DNA of 64,000 nt from Neovahlkampfia damariscottae (taxonomy: Eukaryota): the NCBI GenBank assembly GCA_016618085.1, contig JABLTG010000025.1:1-64000 (forward strand), in the 5' to 3' direction. Under the pieces are notes generated by a model. That model worked only from the letters and a program-made list of their open reading frames with translations. It had not been told where the DNA came from and searched no databases. A program made the translations under genes and the position numbers. This document shows positions 1-10,679 of the stretch, piece by piece; the stretch's first letter is position 1; every line of letters starts with the position of its first letter.

Positions 1-5
1 TTATA

Positions 6-938
6 ATGTCTGAATTACTTTCCAAAAACATTAAAAAAAGATTAAATATAAATGAGAAAGAGTCCAAACATGTTCAAGATTTGATGAAGGGAGTAAAAAA
101 GGATAAGGCGATAAATACACCGCACCATACTGCAATTGAAAGAGATTCTATTCATCAGTTAGATTTATTATTTTTACCTTATGACAACAAGCAGAAGTAT
201 GCATTAACAGTAATTGATGTATTTTCAAGGCATGCAGATGCTGAGCCAATCTCTACAAAAACGCCGGATAAAATAGTTGAAGCATTGAAAAAGATATATG
301 AACGAAAATATCTCAAAATACCAAGAGATTTTTTGCAAGTTGATAGTGGCTCAGAATTTACAGGTGCTTTTATTAAATTTGCAAAAGAAAATAAAATTGG
401 AATTCGTAGAGCTTTGCCAAATCGTCATAGGACACAAGCAGTAATTGAGAGTTTCAATGGTATTCTTGGCAAAATAATATTTGAATTACAAACTATTGAA
501 GAATTAAAAAATAAACAAACCAATAGGAAATGGGTGTCCAATTTGCCTCTGATTATTGAAGAATACAACAAACAAATTGATGAAAAGAGACCAAGAAAAC
601 CAGAAACAAAGCCAGAAAAATGTCAAGGAGATGCATGTAAATTATTAGAAACTGGTGATAAAGTAAGAGTAGCTCTGGATTACCCAATAAATCCAGCAAC
701 AGGAAAAAAATTGGATTCAAAATTCAGAAAAACAGATATTAGATGGAGTGAGGAACTCCACGAAATTGAAAATATTATATTGGCACCAAATCAGCCTCCA
801 TTATATCAATTAAAAGGAATTTCTGCAAATTACACAAAAAATCAATTAAGAAAGGTAGAAACACCGAAAATTGAAATTAAAGACGGTCAAAAATATATAG
901 GGGCAACCATTGTTAAATCCAGAAAAAAAAATATATAG
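6..938 (+). CDS. Retroviral-like (rve) DDE integrase, Polinton/virophage type
   Basis: HQLDLLFL (D), LQVDSGSEF (D), IESFNG (E); C-terminal GDKVRV...KFRK...RWSEE...PPLYQL region typical of Polinton integrases. Confidence 0.9.
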   Translation: MSELLSKNIKKRLNINEKESKHVQDLMKGVKKDKAINTPHHTAIERDSIHQLDLLFLPYDNKQKYALTVIDVFSRHADAEPISTKTPDKIVEALKKIYERKYLKIPRDFLQVDSGSEFTGAFIKFAKENKIGIRRALPNRHRTQAVIESFNGILGKIIFELQTIEELKNKQTNRKWVSNLPLIIEEYNKQIDEKRPRKPETKPEKCQGDACKLLETGDKVRVALDYPINPATGKKLDSKFRKTDIRWSEELHEIENIILAPNQPPLYQLKGISANYTKNQLRKVETPKIEIKDGQKYIGATIVKSRKKNI

Positions 939-993
939 ATTTTTAAATTAAAAAACTACTTAAAAAAATATCTCAATATATAATATATAGAAA

Positions 994-2661
994 ATGTTAT
1001 CAAAAGATATTAAATTTGTTAAAGAAGATTTATTAAGTTATGAAGAATTAAAAAAGGTTATTACAGAGAAAATAGCAATCAATAAAGCCAAAATAATATC
1101 TTCAAAATTGAACAAAACATTAATAATCCAAGGAAACGAATTTTACTTATATGACAGAGAATTAAGATTGTATAAAAAACAAACTTACAAAGATAAGGAA
1201 CAATGTAATAATGGAGTAATTTATATTGTATCTTTGTTGATAAAAGAGTCTTATGAAAATTTAGAAGAAGTTTCCAAAGACAATTTGGAAGGTTATAAAA
1301 AAGGTTTTGAAACAATTTTCCAAAATGGAAGTATTTTAAAATATTTTCCTCAATTGAAAGTTGAATTAACAAATACAAAGAATTTTGATGAACAACATAT
1401 AAATGAAATTCACTTTTTGAATGGATATTTTGATTTAAAAAATGGAGAATTTAAAGAAAGAGAAGAATATTGCAAAATTACAGATTGTATTCACAGAAAT
1501 TATGAAAAACCAAAGAAAAAATCAATGGAAAAAGTGAAAGAATTAATAAGTATGATATATCCAAATAAAGATGACAAAAATTATTTAATGATGACAATAG
1601 CAACTGCATTATGTGGAATTGCAACAATGGACCAGTCAATTTTATTTCTTTTGGGTAAAGGTTCATCAGGAAAATCAACTGTAATGAAAATGTTAAAAAA
1701 TTCAATTGGAATGTATTTTGTTGAATTAAAATCTGATACTTTTGTGATGGGAAATCAAAAAGCGGATAAAATATTGAATACTTTACTGGAAAAACCACAC
1801 GCAAGATTAATTTGGGTGAATGAATTAGCAGATAAAAAAATGGACGATTCATTATTCAAATCTGTATGTGAAGGAACAGCTCAAACCACAAGATTATTTC
1901 AAGATGGAGTGACAGAAATTCAAATGAATGCTTTGATTATGATTACAGCAAATACATTTCCAAGCATTAAAATAGATTCTGGAGTTGTTCGCCGTATTAA
2001 ATCACACACTCACATGTCTGAATTTGTTGATGAAGAAAATAAAATTGACAAAGAAAATAATATTTATTTGAAAGATAAATATTTAGAAGAAAAAATGAGA
2101 GATATTGAAATGTCAAATGCATTTTTAAAATATATTGCAAATTATGCAAAGAAATATTATAAAGGAATAAGATATGAATCAACACAAAATTTTAAAGATA
2201 CAAAAGAATGTATTACAAGTTCAAATGATACAATTCAAGATTATATTGATGTAAATTTAATTATTACAGAAGACGAAAAAGATAGAATTGGAAGGGATGA
2301 AATGATACAAAATTTTAAATTAACAAATCCAAAATCTTTGATTACTTGTATGCAATTAATTAACAGTTTAAAAGATAAGGGTATTAGATATGAAGGAACA
2401 TTCAGATACAAAAAATTGAAAGGTTGTTATCTTGGTGTAAAATTCAGTGAAAACAATGAATCAGATTCTGAAAGTGAAGATAAACCAGATTATAAAACCA
2501 AATATGATGATTTATTAAAAAAATATCAAGAACTTGAAAAGAAATATAATCAATTAAAAATTAAACCAAAAATTATTGAAGACATCCAAAAAGAAAGTAA
2601 AAAGAAAACCAAAAATGTTGAAAAAGAAGATGAAGAACCTTTAATTGTTGATTTTTTATGA
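994..2661 (+). CDS. D5-like superfamily 3 helicase
   Basis: Walker A GKGSSGKS, Walker B IWVNE, motif C MITAN, DSGVVRRI arginine finger; D5_N-like HFLNGYFDLKNGEF segment. Confidence 0.88.
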   Translation: MLSKDIKFVKEDLLSYEELKKVITEKIAINKAKIISSKLNKTLIIQGNEFYLYDRELRLYKKQTYKDKEQCNNGVIYIVSLLIKESYENLEEVSKDNLEGYKKGFETIFQNGSILKYFPQLKVELTNTKNFDEQHINEIHFLNGYFDLKNGEFKEREEYCKITDCIHRNYEKPKKKSMEKVKELISMIYPNKDDKNYLMMTIATALCGIATMDQSILFLLGKGSSGKSTVMKMLKNSIGMYFVELKSDTFVMGNQKADKILNTLLEKPHARLIWVNELADKKMDDSLFKSVCEGTAQTTRLFQDGVTEIQMNALIMITANTFPSIKIDSGVVRRIKSHTHMSEFVDEENKIDKENNIYLKDKYLEEKMRDIEMSNAFLKYIANYAKKYYKGIRYESTQNFKDTKECITSSNDTIQDYIDVNLIITEDEKDRIGRDEMIQNFKLTNPKSLITCMQLINSLKDKGIRYEGTFRYKKLKGCYLGVKFSENNESDSESEDKPDYKTKYDDLLKKYQELEKKYNQLKIKPKIIEDIQKESKKKTKNVEKEDEEPLIVDFL

Positions 2662-2764
2662 ATTTCAAATTTAGATTAGAAATGAGTTGATTGGACAAAA
2701 ATGCTTTTCAGTTTCCAATAAACAGATTTTTTTAAATGCAAAATTTGATTGGACCATTAGCAGC

Positions 2765-3115
2765 ATGGATGAAATTGATTTTTCCTGAGGTTGGGCAGAC
2801 TCAAGAGAGGAATGTATTAAAATTCTCAGAGATTTTTTAAACAGAGACTATGACGGGAATGGTAACCTTGTCCGTGTTGAAGTAGATGAATTTATTTCAA
2901 TTGTTGAAAAAATTAAAAATGAATTAGAAAATCCTAAAGGTAAATACTCTCAAATACAACATTGGGATAAAGAATTTCAAGTTTTGTTCTTCTTTTTAAT
3001 AAAATATCGTCCGACTATTATTGAAGATGATAAGAATAAGGATAAGAAAGAAAAGGTTGATAAACTTTTAAATTACTTGACTGAAAAAATTGAAATAAAT
3101 TTTTCTTTTGAATAA
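2765..3115 (+). pseudogene. 116-codon ORF with in-frame TGA at codon 8, unknown function (absent from ORF track)
   Basis: ATG at 2765, TGA at 2786-2788, then open to TAA at 3113-3115 (MDEIDFS*GWADSREECIKILRDF...EINFSFE); two GATTGG boxes upstream. Confidence 0.55.
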
Positions 3116-3210
3116 TTTTAATTTTAAAAAAAATACTTAAAAAAATAAAAATATAGTAATAATACTTAAAGATTAAATTTTAATAAATACTAAGTTAAAA
3201 AAAGTTAAAA

Positions 3211-3402
3211 ATGGTTATTGACTATTCAAAGGCAAAAATATATAAAATAGTTTGTAATATAACTGGTTTAATATATGTGGGTGCAACATGTAAGCCTAGA
3301 TTATGCCAACGATTAAATCAACATGCTCAAGATTTTAAACGTTTTAAAAATGGAAAGTGTAGATATGTAACATCATTTAAAGTCCTTGAAAATAATAATT
3401 AT
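3211..3402 (+). pseudogene. GIY-YIG endonuclease, truncated by transposon
   Basis: KIYKIVCNITGLIYVGATC...RLNQH...TSFKVLENNNY; family resemblance stops at the transposon left end, before the expected catalytic Glu/Asn segment. Confidence 0.8.
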
Positions 3403-3417
3403 TTCATGTTAAGTGGT

Positions 3418-3488
3418 GTTTTATGATAAAGTGTAGCGTTTTATGATGAAAACTGGTATTACTCAATACAAGTCATGTTAATCATAAA
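3418..3488 (+). repeat. Left imperfect (sub)terminal inverted repeat of transposon
   Basis: GTTTTATGATAAAGT (3418-3432) is the exact reverse complement of 7483-7497; similarity continues through ACTgGTaTTAcTCA...AAGTCATGTT...TCATAAA. Confidence 0.8.
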
Positions 3489-3572
3489 ACACTTTCAACT
3501 ATCTTAAACGCTATGATTTACGATAAAACAAGACATTTTATAAAAATAAAAAATTAATCGATAAAAAAGAGT

Positions 3573-4745
3573 TTATTCTCGAGTTCTTCTCTTCTTTTGA
3601 TTGTACTTGTCATTTCTTTCCTTTTGTTTTCTCTTTTTTGAAATGCCTTCTTGAGCGTAGCTATCAAGAACACCTTTGTAATAAATGCCATCTTCATTTC
3701 TCAATGGATACTTGATGATGTGATAATTTGTGAGGGCTGAACAAATTTGAAAGATGGTAGAATACATATTTTCATCCCATTTGAACTTTACTTCCATAAT
3801 CTTAAAAAGTTTCTTCATTCTTCCATAGAAATTCTCACAAATGATACGGTTCTTGGCAATCTTTTTGTTTCTTGTTTGATCTTCTCTTGAAAGTGTCTTT
3901 CCTTTATTTGGAAGAATAGCTCTAATTAATTCTACTGCCCCTTGATATCCTTTGTCTGCCATCAAAGCCCAGTGTTTTGGATACTTAGTTTTTAGTTCAC
4001 CATTGTCCACCACACTATTGTCCAATCCTTTCTTTTCCAAGAAGTCTTTGTACGTATCCACGTTATCCTTGAAAATAGTAAAATCATGAACTGAACCACC
4101 ATATAAATCACTAACAAATACTGCCAACCCATTTGGCAAATGAGCTACTTCGGTTTTGAATCCATAAGCATGGTGCTTACCGGAGAAATAATATTGTGCC
4201 TCTTTGAAGAGCATTTTGGGTCTGATTCTTGTTTGAAATGTTACATCCACCACTAATCCAACTTCTGGGTAATCATCCAATTGAATATCTTTCTTTACTT
4301 GCTCACCCTTGAACATTAGAATAAGTAAAGCTTCTGTTAATGGTTCTTTGATTTTTTCTAATGTTTTATGAACAGAATTGGTGATAACATTCTTTTTTAA
4401 ACCATAAGTAACAGCGAATTTATCCCATGATTCATAATGCTTCAACATCACCAACGTAAAAAAGAAAGAATCTAAAGGTCCTATTTCTGGTTTCTTTCCT
4501 CTTCCTTGTACTTTGAGATTCTGTTCTACCAATGAATAAAGCTCTAAAAACTCGCTGATAAAAAATCCTGTCATGGTCTTCACTGCTTCTGTTCCTTCTT
4601 CTGCAAATTTGGAGTAATGTTTACTTTCTTCTTCGTCCAGTTCAGATTGTGAAGAATATTCTTCTACTATTTGTTTTATCTTTTCTTCTTTATCTTTTTC
4701 AAAGTTCTTATAGTTCTCAAGTATGTTCTTAGTGTTTCCAGACAT
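3573..4745 (-). CDS. DDE_Tnp_4 (Harbinger/ISL2EU-like) transposase
   Basis: HTH region (FFFTLVMLKHYESWDKFAVTYGL), VVDVTF (D), YFSGKHHAYGFK, GSVHDFTIF, LMADKGYQG (D), RIICENFYGRMKKLF (E). Confidence 0.92.
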   Translation of the reverse strand: MSGNTKNILENYKNFEKDKEEKIKQIVEEYSSQSELDEEESKHYSKFAEEGTEAVKTMTGFFISEFLELYSLVEQNLKVQGRGKKPEIGPLDSFFFTLVMLKHYESWDKFAVTYGLKKNVITNSVHKTLEKIKEPLTEALLILMFKGEQVKKDIQLDDYPEVGLVVDVTFQTRIRPKMLFKEAQYYFSGKHHAYGFKTEVAHLPNGLAVFVSDLYGGSVHDFTIFKDNVDTYKDFLEKKGLDNSVVDNGELKTKYPKHWALMADKGYQGAVELIRAILPNKGKTLSREDQTRNKKIAKNRIICENFYGRMKKLFKIMEVKFKWDENMYSTIFQICSALTNYHIIKYPLRNEDGIYYKGVLDSYAQEGISKKRKQKERNDKYNQKKRRTRE

Positions 4746-4866
4746 GCTGTATTTGAGTCATCTTGGTGAGTTTTTATAGGTCAATTTTCTTTGCATAGAG
4801 TGGGCTTATGTATGTTTCAAATGGTTTAAATAAAACAAAAACATTGATTAATTTTTTTCAAAAAAA

Positions 4867-5163
4867 ATGGAACATACAGATAATCTGCAACACGTTGTTG
4901 TTCATTATTCATTTAAAAATCAAGGAAAGAATAGAATTGGCACAACATTTCCAGAAATAGATATCTTTAGTGATTATCTTTTGGCATTTAACTTCATTGC
5001 AAATCACCCAGACAAAAAAAAAATGAAGTTCATTGAAATTTCGACACTTCTGTGTGTTTCAAAATCTGGAGTGTTACATGACGAGACATTTATATTTTTT
5101 CGCTTCAACATTGACGATGAAAATGAAAATTTGAATGTTCATTTAAAAACTTTATTACCATAA
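4867..5163 (+). CDS. Small hypothetical protein inside transposon
   Basis: 98-aa ATG ORF in A-rich start context, divergent from the transposase, convergent with the helicase-OTU gene. Confidence 0.5.
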   Translation: MEHTDNLQHVVVHYSFKNQGKNRIGTTFPEIDIFSDYLLAFNFIANHPDKKKMKFIEISTLLCVSKSGVLHDETFIFFRFNIDDENENLNVHLKTLLP

Positions 5164-5171
5164 AATTTGGA

Positions 5172-7080
5172 CTATTCTTCTTCCATGAGATCAATGTCTT
5201 TTACCGAATCATAATGAATACCATTATAACAAATAGTAATGGAGTGCGAAGAAAATTCCTCTGGAACTATTTTTGTATTTTGTCCAGTATAATTAATGAT
5301 GACTATTGTAATATTTTTAAGGTCAGCATAAGCTTGAAGAGTCAAGTTGTCACCCAGACATTTGAATTTCCATTGGATAATTCCAAACAAAAACGTTCAA
5401 ATGTATCACATACTTCATCTGGAACAAAAAAATTTTGATATTTGTCTCTATTTCTCCATAGATGTTCTGAGATTGATTTTCTGATTCTCAATCCAACTTC
5501 TTTTAAATCATTTACTTCCAATTTTGGATTTTCTTGTTGTGCTATAGAAGCAAATTGACAATGTCCATCTCCTGGTATCTTCACTCTCTCCATTTGAAAT
5601 AATTTTAAACATTTGTCCAAACTAATGTCATTTTCTGGGAGATATTCATCAAAGTTTTTAGATTTTTTTTCGAGTTTCGCTATCTTTGGATTGAATTTAT
5701 TTGTCTCTTCATCAATTTTTTGTTGATACGCATTTAAATACTTTGATAATTGTTCTTCTTTCTTGAAACTTTCTATGTTTTTTTGTTGCTTAAAATAGAC
5801 ATCTGTGATTACTTTTGCTGTGAGGCTATCTTTTTCTCCTTCGTTTCTGTCATATCTTAAAGCTCTTCCAACAAATTGATCAAAAGTAGGAACATTTTTC
5901 CCAATCTTTCTAGCTATTCCAACAATGGAGACTGGCTGATAATTATATCCTTCCAATAAACTTTGAACTAATATCATTAATTGCACATTTCCTTTCTCAA
6001 AGATTTTTTTTATCATCTTTCTTTCATTAACTTTGAGTTCAGAGTTATAACAAATTGCATCTATTTCTAAAAATTTTTTTGCGATTTCTTTTGCTCTCTT
6101 TGCTTCATCAATAGATCCCACAATCAACAAGGCAGCATGACTTCTTTTACTTGGCAATACAATAGATTCAATTGATTTTAGTTGTGCTTTTATTTCCCTT
6201 AATATCATGTAAGTTGAAATCTCAGAATCATCAGTCAAATCTTTTGGACTGTTTTCCTTTGTATTTTCTTTTGTGGGTAAAAGGATCCATTCAATTTCAC
6301 GAATTATACCTAAATTTGTTGCAGCTTCTCTTGTCATATTGAATATAACTTTTATATTTTTTTTTGTAACTTCTTTGTCAAACTTTTTGTCTTGCTTGAA
6401 AGGAGTGCCAGTTAAAAAAAGGACATACCCATTTCCAAAATGGTCAACGACAGAATTCCAATATCCAGCTGGATAATGATGCGCTTCGTCTACAATAACC
6501 AAGTCATATGAATCTTTTTCCAAAAGCATCCATTCTGGTGCTCCGCTACTTCTGAATTTTTGTGCATTGAATATGTTTATTTCTGACGTTAATTTTCCAG
6601 ATTTAACAGAACCTAACTTGGTCACAGATGGTAAGTTTTTTGCTCTTTCTTTTGAAATTAAGTCATATTTACAAAATTCAGTTTCTTCAATTTTCTCTCC
6701 ATGTAAATCTTCAAATATTTGATCAGCGATGTTTATTGATGGTGTTAATATCAAAACACGTTTTACTGACATGACTTCAGCAAGAAAGTAAGGGGTTAAA
6801 GCAATAATCAATGATTTTCCGCAGCCCATAGGAATGACAACAACATTCCTTTGTGTTCGCTTTTTTGGTAATTTTCTTTGATTTTGAACAATGCTTCCTT
6901 TTGGTGAGCCCAAACTCTTTTGGAATTCCAAGTGTTTTCCCTCACTTCTTCGCTCAAGTACTCAATTTTTGACTTGTATTTCTTTTCTTCATCATCTTTT
7001 TCCTTTAAAAGTTTGTCTTTTTCTTCTAATTCTTTCTTTAGTCTTTCAATAATTTCTTTATCTGTTTCTCTCTTGCTCAT
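5172..7080 (-). CDS. Coiled coil + SF2 (ResIII-like DEAH) helicase + OTU protease fusion; two 1-nt frame breaks
   Basis: Q-motif WAHQKEAL, Walker A PMGCGKS, IVDEAHH, LTGTPF, LLEGYN, QFVGRALR; OTU IPGDGHCQFAS ... WGDNLTLQA ... HYDSV. Restoring one base in short homopolymers near 6850 and 5354 joins three track ORFs. Confidence 0.8.
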
Positions 7081-7340
7081 TTCTGATAAAAATCTAATTT
7101 AGAATGATTCCGATTGGACAATCTGAATTTATGCAAATTCTGAATTTGATTTTTATCCCGTCACTGAACTTAATTTATTCTTTTGAATTTTGCATATAAA
7201 TAAGAGAACATCTTTTTCATTATTTTGACGACTTTTTTAATTCAAATGGTTCAATTCAACTGAAAACGATTCGTTCATTGTCAGAAGACGACTAGTTATG
7301 AGATTCTTGCTATAAGAGCCTCAATAAAATTAAATGACAA

Positions 7341-7497
7341 ATCACACTTTGTGAATAATTTCACATTTTATTGTAAAACATTATACTTTATGATGAAATA
7401 TTACTCATCACAATAAAACACCACACTTTATGAATAAACATGACTTATCATGAATAACACTAGTGATTATAAATAACATTCTACTTTATCATAAAAC
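7341..7497 (-). repeat. Right (sub)terminal inverted repeat with degenerate ~20-bp tandem units
   Basis: Units such as tcacattttattgtaaaaca / ttatactttatgatgaaata / ccacactttatgaataaaca in 20-nt register; distal part is complementary to 3418-3488. Confidence 0.7.
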
Positions 7498-7517
7498 GTA
7501 ATATTTGATAAATAACC

Positions 7518-9529
7518 ATAGTATTCCAACTCGACAACTTGTGTTTATCTGTAAGAGATGACCAATTAGAAGTTAGTCTAAATGAAGCGATTAAAAATAA
7601 AGTCATTAAAGATGAACTTACATTAGAGAATTTAGAATTGTTTTATGATGTTTTAAAAAAAGAATTGAAAAAAACAAATTTGACTGAAAAAAGGAAAGAT
7701 GCTTATGAAGAAATAGATGCTCAATTAAAAGTATTAATACCTGATTTAAAGAAAATACAAAAAGAAGAAGACAATGAAGAATATGAAAAAATGAAAAATC
7801 AGATGGACAAGCTGGGGAATGAAAAAATGCAAAAGAAACAATTGCAAATGTATTAAAAAATCAAAAAAATAGAAAGGAATTAAAAAAACTGATTGGGAAA
7901 ACAAAGGCAAAAAAACAATCACAACCATCAACTAAAATTGATGATTCAGATGAAGAAACAATTGGTGTTCCAATAACAAATGATTTAACGAGTCTTGAAA
8001 TGTTAATAGAGTATGATAATATTCTTGGAAAAATAAAAAATATTCATGATGGTGCAATAGACGATTGTCATTTATTTGACGATATGATAACAAATTTTGA
8101 AAAAGAAAACGATATTAATAACAAAAAAGATATTGCAGAAAAAATAGGAGAACAAGATTTTGTTATTGAGGAAAAAATTGAAAAAATGGATGGATTGCTC
8201 ACTGAAGTAAATGATAATATTGATAACGTAGTTAAAAGACTCATTACAGATGTCGACGAAATGATATCAAACAATGCTTTTTCTGAAAATGCTCCTAAAA
8301 GTATGTCAGTCCCTAATGAAATTATAGATTTTGTGGATGAATTTCCAAAAATTATTAAAATACCTGTTGCAACTGGGGGACAGAAAAAACAACATAAAGA
8401 ACACTTAAATTTCATTAAAAATGTATTGCAAAATTTTAGAAGAGACTATTATGAACCTGTAAATCTTGCTTTTGAAAAATTAAAGTTAGTATTTGAAAAA
8501 AGAAGAAATGATATGGTTCAATACGTTAAAGAAGATGATAATGACAACAAAAAACCGAAATTTGAACCGGAAACAAAACTGACAGAAAATGATTTAAAAA
8601 ATATCAAAGAAACTTTACCAAAAGAAGATTTAATAAAAGTTATTATGAGAAGACATCCAAGTCTTAAAAAAGAAGATTTAAATAGTATGTCTGTTGAAGA
8701 TTTAATACAAATAAGTCATCAATTAGGAGTGAATTTATTGGATTTAAATATTTTAAAAGTCCCAAAAAATGCAACAAAAGAGGAAAAAGAATTGATTGAA
8801 AATCTTGAAAATATTAGAAGACAAAGAGAAGTTGAAGCAGAATTTAAAAAATTAAAATCACAAATTGATAATGATGAAGTGAAATCAGAAAAAGAAAGAA
8901 CTGACCAAAATTTAAAAACTGCCGCAAAATCTTTGATTAAAAAACCAACATACAAACCGGATAGAGTGAATACAAAAAAAATGGAAAATAAAAAACCAAA
9001 AGATGAAAAAAAAATTGAAAGAGCAGTTGCAAAGATATTAAAAGATGACACTCCAGTTATTAAATTAAATGATGAACAAATTCAAGGAATGGGAAAAATG
9101 AAAAAATCAAACCCTTATATGGAATTCTTAAAAGATTTTAGAAAGAAAAATGCAGGTATGTATGATAACAAAGAAATGCTAAAACAAGAAGGAAATGCTT
9201 GGAATATGTTAAAGGGAGGTTGTGGTTGTCAAATAGACATTGAAGGTGGTTCATCAATGAAAAAATCAAAAGATAACAGAAGAATGAATTACCAAGACGA
9301 GAAAAAATTGGATTGGAAAATTGCAAGTAATATTGAACCCGAAGAACAAGATGGAATTTATGATTTTCCAAATGAATTCAAAGATGAAAAACAAGGTTTC
9401 ATACCTACTATGGAGGTTGAAAATAATTTAGCTAACAGAATGAAACAAAATATTAGAAATCCAAATGAAGGAGAAAGAAAGTTAGCATTATTAATGCATC
9501 AAAGAATAAAAAAACAATTGGGAAATTAA
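7518..9529 (+). CDS. Large coiled-coil viral protein, 5'-truncated, with HMG-box-like C-terminal motif (putative core protein)
   Basis: ORFs 7539-7856 and 8000-9529 join with one extra A in the run near 7825; no ATG start before the transposon; C-terminal NPYMEFLKDFRKKN...EMLKQ...AW and GG dipeptides. Confidence 0.55.
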
Positions 9530-9547
9530 TATATATATTAATTATAT

Positions 9548-10654
9548 ATGAATACAGAAATATTTGATAACTACATTGTTGTAAAAAAACCAACTTCAAT
9601 TGTTGATAAAGAAATGGATGTTTTGTCCATGGAACAAACAAAAAATGATTTTAGTGATTGTAAAATACTGCAAGAATTTAATAATTATTTGCAGATGTAT
9701 GATAAAGAATGTGATTTGATTATTAATATTTATCATTACAACGAAAATAATATACATTATGGTTTGTTTCTTCATATTTATCCAATTGATGTTGTTGAAA
9801 AGGTTTTGAATAATTTAAATAATCATTTAACTGTGTGCTGTGATTGTTTGCTTGATAGTGATGGAAATGAAATTAAAATTGATGATTATTGTGATGTTCT
9901 TAGTTTGACATCCGATGAAATATTTAAAGGTGGAAATTTATTCAATTCAGTTGCGGAACTGTTTAAAAATGGATTTAATAGAGTGAAAAGTTTAATTACA
10001 AATCCCATTAGAGTTGATGCACCACCTTATTATCGAACTTTTTTGGAAAACTTTGGTAATATATCAATTGAAAGCATTTTAATTTGTAAAACTCCAATTC
10101 AAGAAACATTTAATACAATTTTAAATGCTGTGAGTTTTGGTCAATGGGATAGAACCAAATCAAAATTAAACTATGACTCTATGTATCACTTATTTATGAT
10201 ATGTAAATTAGTTTCTGGTCAATATGTGAGGGTAGAAAAAAATGATGTCCTAAGCATCAATTTAGTTGAACCATCAAGTTATCAAAAAGCAAAATCAATT
10301 CATCTTACTAACTATCGGGAAGTTGTTCCTTTTAATCTTAATATGATGCACCAAAGAGCTTTGAATGCTGTCGGGAAAGAAAGATTGTATTTATATCGTG
10401 GGGATTCAACAAATTGTCAGTTATTTATTAACGATTTACTTGAAAATTCGGGATTAATGAACGACGAAATTAAAGGATTTGTAATGCAACGGGCTGGAGA
10501 CTTAATTAACTCATTGCCAACAATTACACAAAAATTCATTCAAGGAGTTACAGATGTGTCTGGTTTCTTTAATCACGTATTGTATGGTGCTGGTTTAATG
10601 GCTAAATATAAGGTTAAGAATAATAAATTTGGTGGAAGTTTGATGTATTTGTAA
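9548..10654 (+). CDS. Viral protein with permuted papain-like NlpC/P60 (PPPDE-like) domain
   Basis: His before Cys: YHLFM ... VEKN ... YRGDSTNCQLFINDLL. Confidence 0.65.
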   Translation: MNTEIFDNYIVVKKPTSIVDKEMDVLSMEQTKNDFSDCKILQEFNNYLQMYDKECDLIINIYHYNENNIHYGLFLHIYPIDVVEKVLNNLNNHLTVCCDCLLDSDGNEIKIDDYCDVLSLTSDEIFKGGNLFNSVAELFKNGFNRVKSLITNPIRVDAPPYYRTFLENFGNISIESILICKTPIQETFNTILNAVSFGQWDRTKSKLNYDSMYHLFMICKLVSGQYVRVEKNDVLSINLVEPSSYQKAKSIHLTNYREVVPFNLNMMHQRALNAVGKERLYLYRGDSTNCQLFINDLLENSGLMNDEIKGFVMQRAGDLINSLPTITQKFIQGVTDVSGFFNHVLYGAGLMAKYKVKNNKFGGSLMYL

Positions 10655-10679
10655 TTAATATTGTTTGTTTAAAATAATA

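Larger units (their letters stand above)
3397..7517. mobile_element. PIF/Harbinger-ISL2EU (IS5-like) DNA transposon with helicase-OTU cargo
   Basis: Intact DDE transposase; imperfect inverted repeats 3418-3488 / 7427-7497; right end ...AAATAACC followed by AT. Left terminus is approximate. Confidence 0.75.

Noticed and set aside
2786..2788. Selenocysteine or recoded TGA
   Set aside because: Single instance, no redox motif or recognisable SECIS; TGA acts as a stop elsewhere in the window.
7341..7500. CRISPR-like array
   Set aside because: Units are degenerate and contiguous with no unique spacers; no cas genes; eukaryotic context.
1079..9371. Antisense ORFs in the track (for example 1079-1378, 1478-1852, 8068-8415, 8719-9051) and similar ones elsewhere
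   Set aside because: F/L/S/I-rich shadow frames of K/E-rich genes on the opposite strand, with no motifs.
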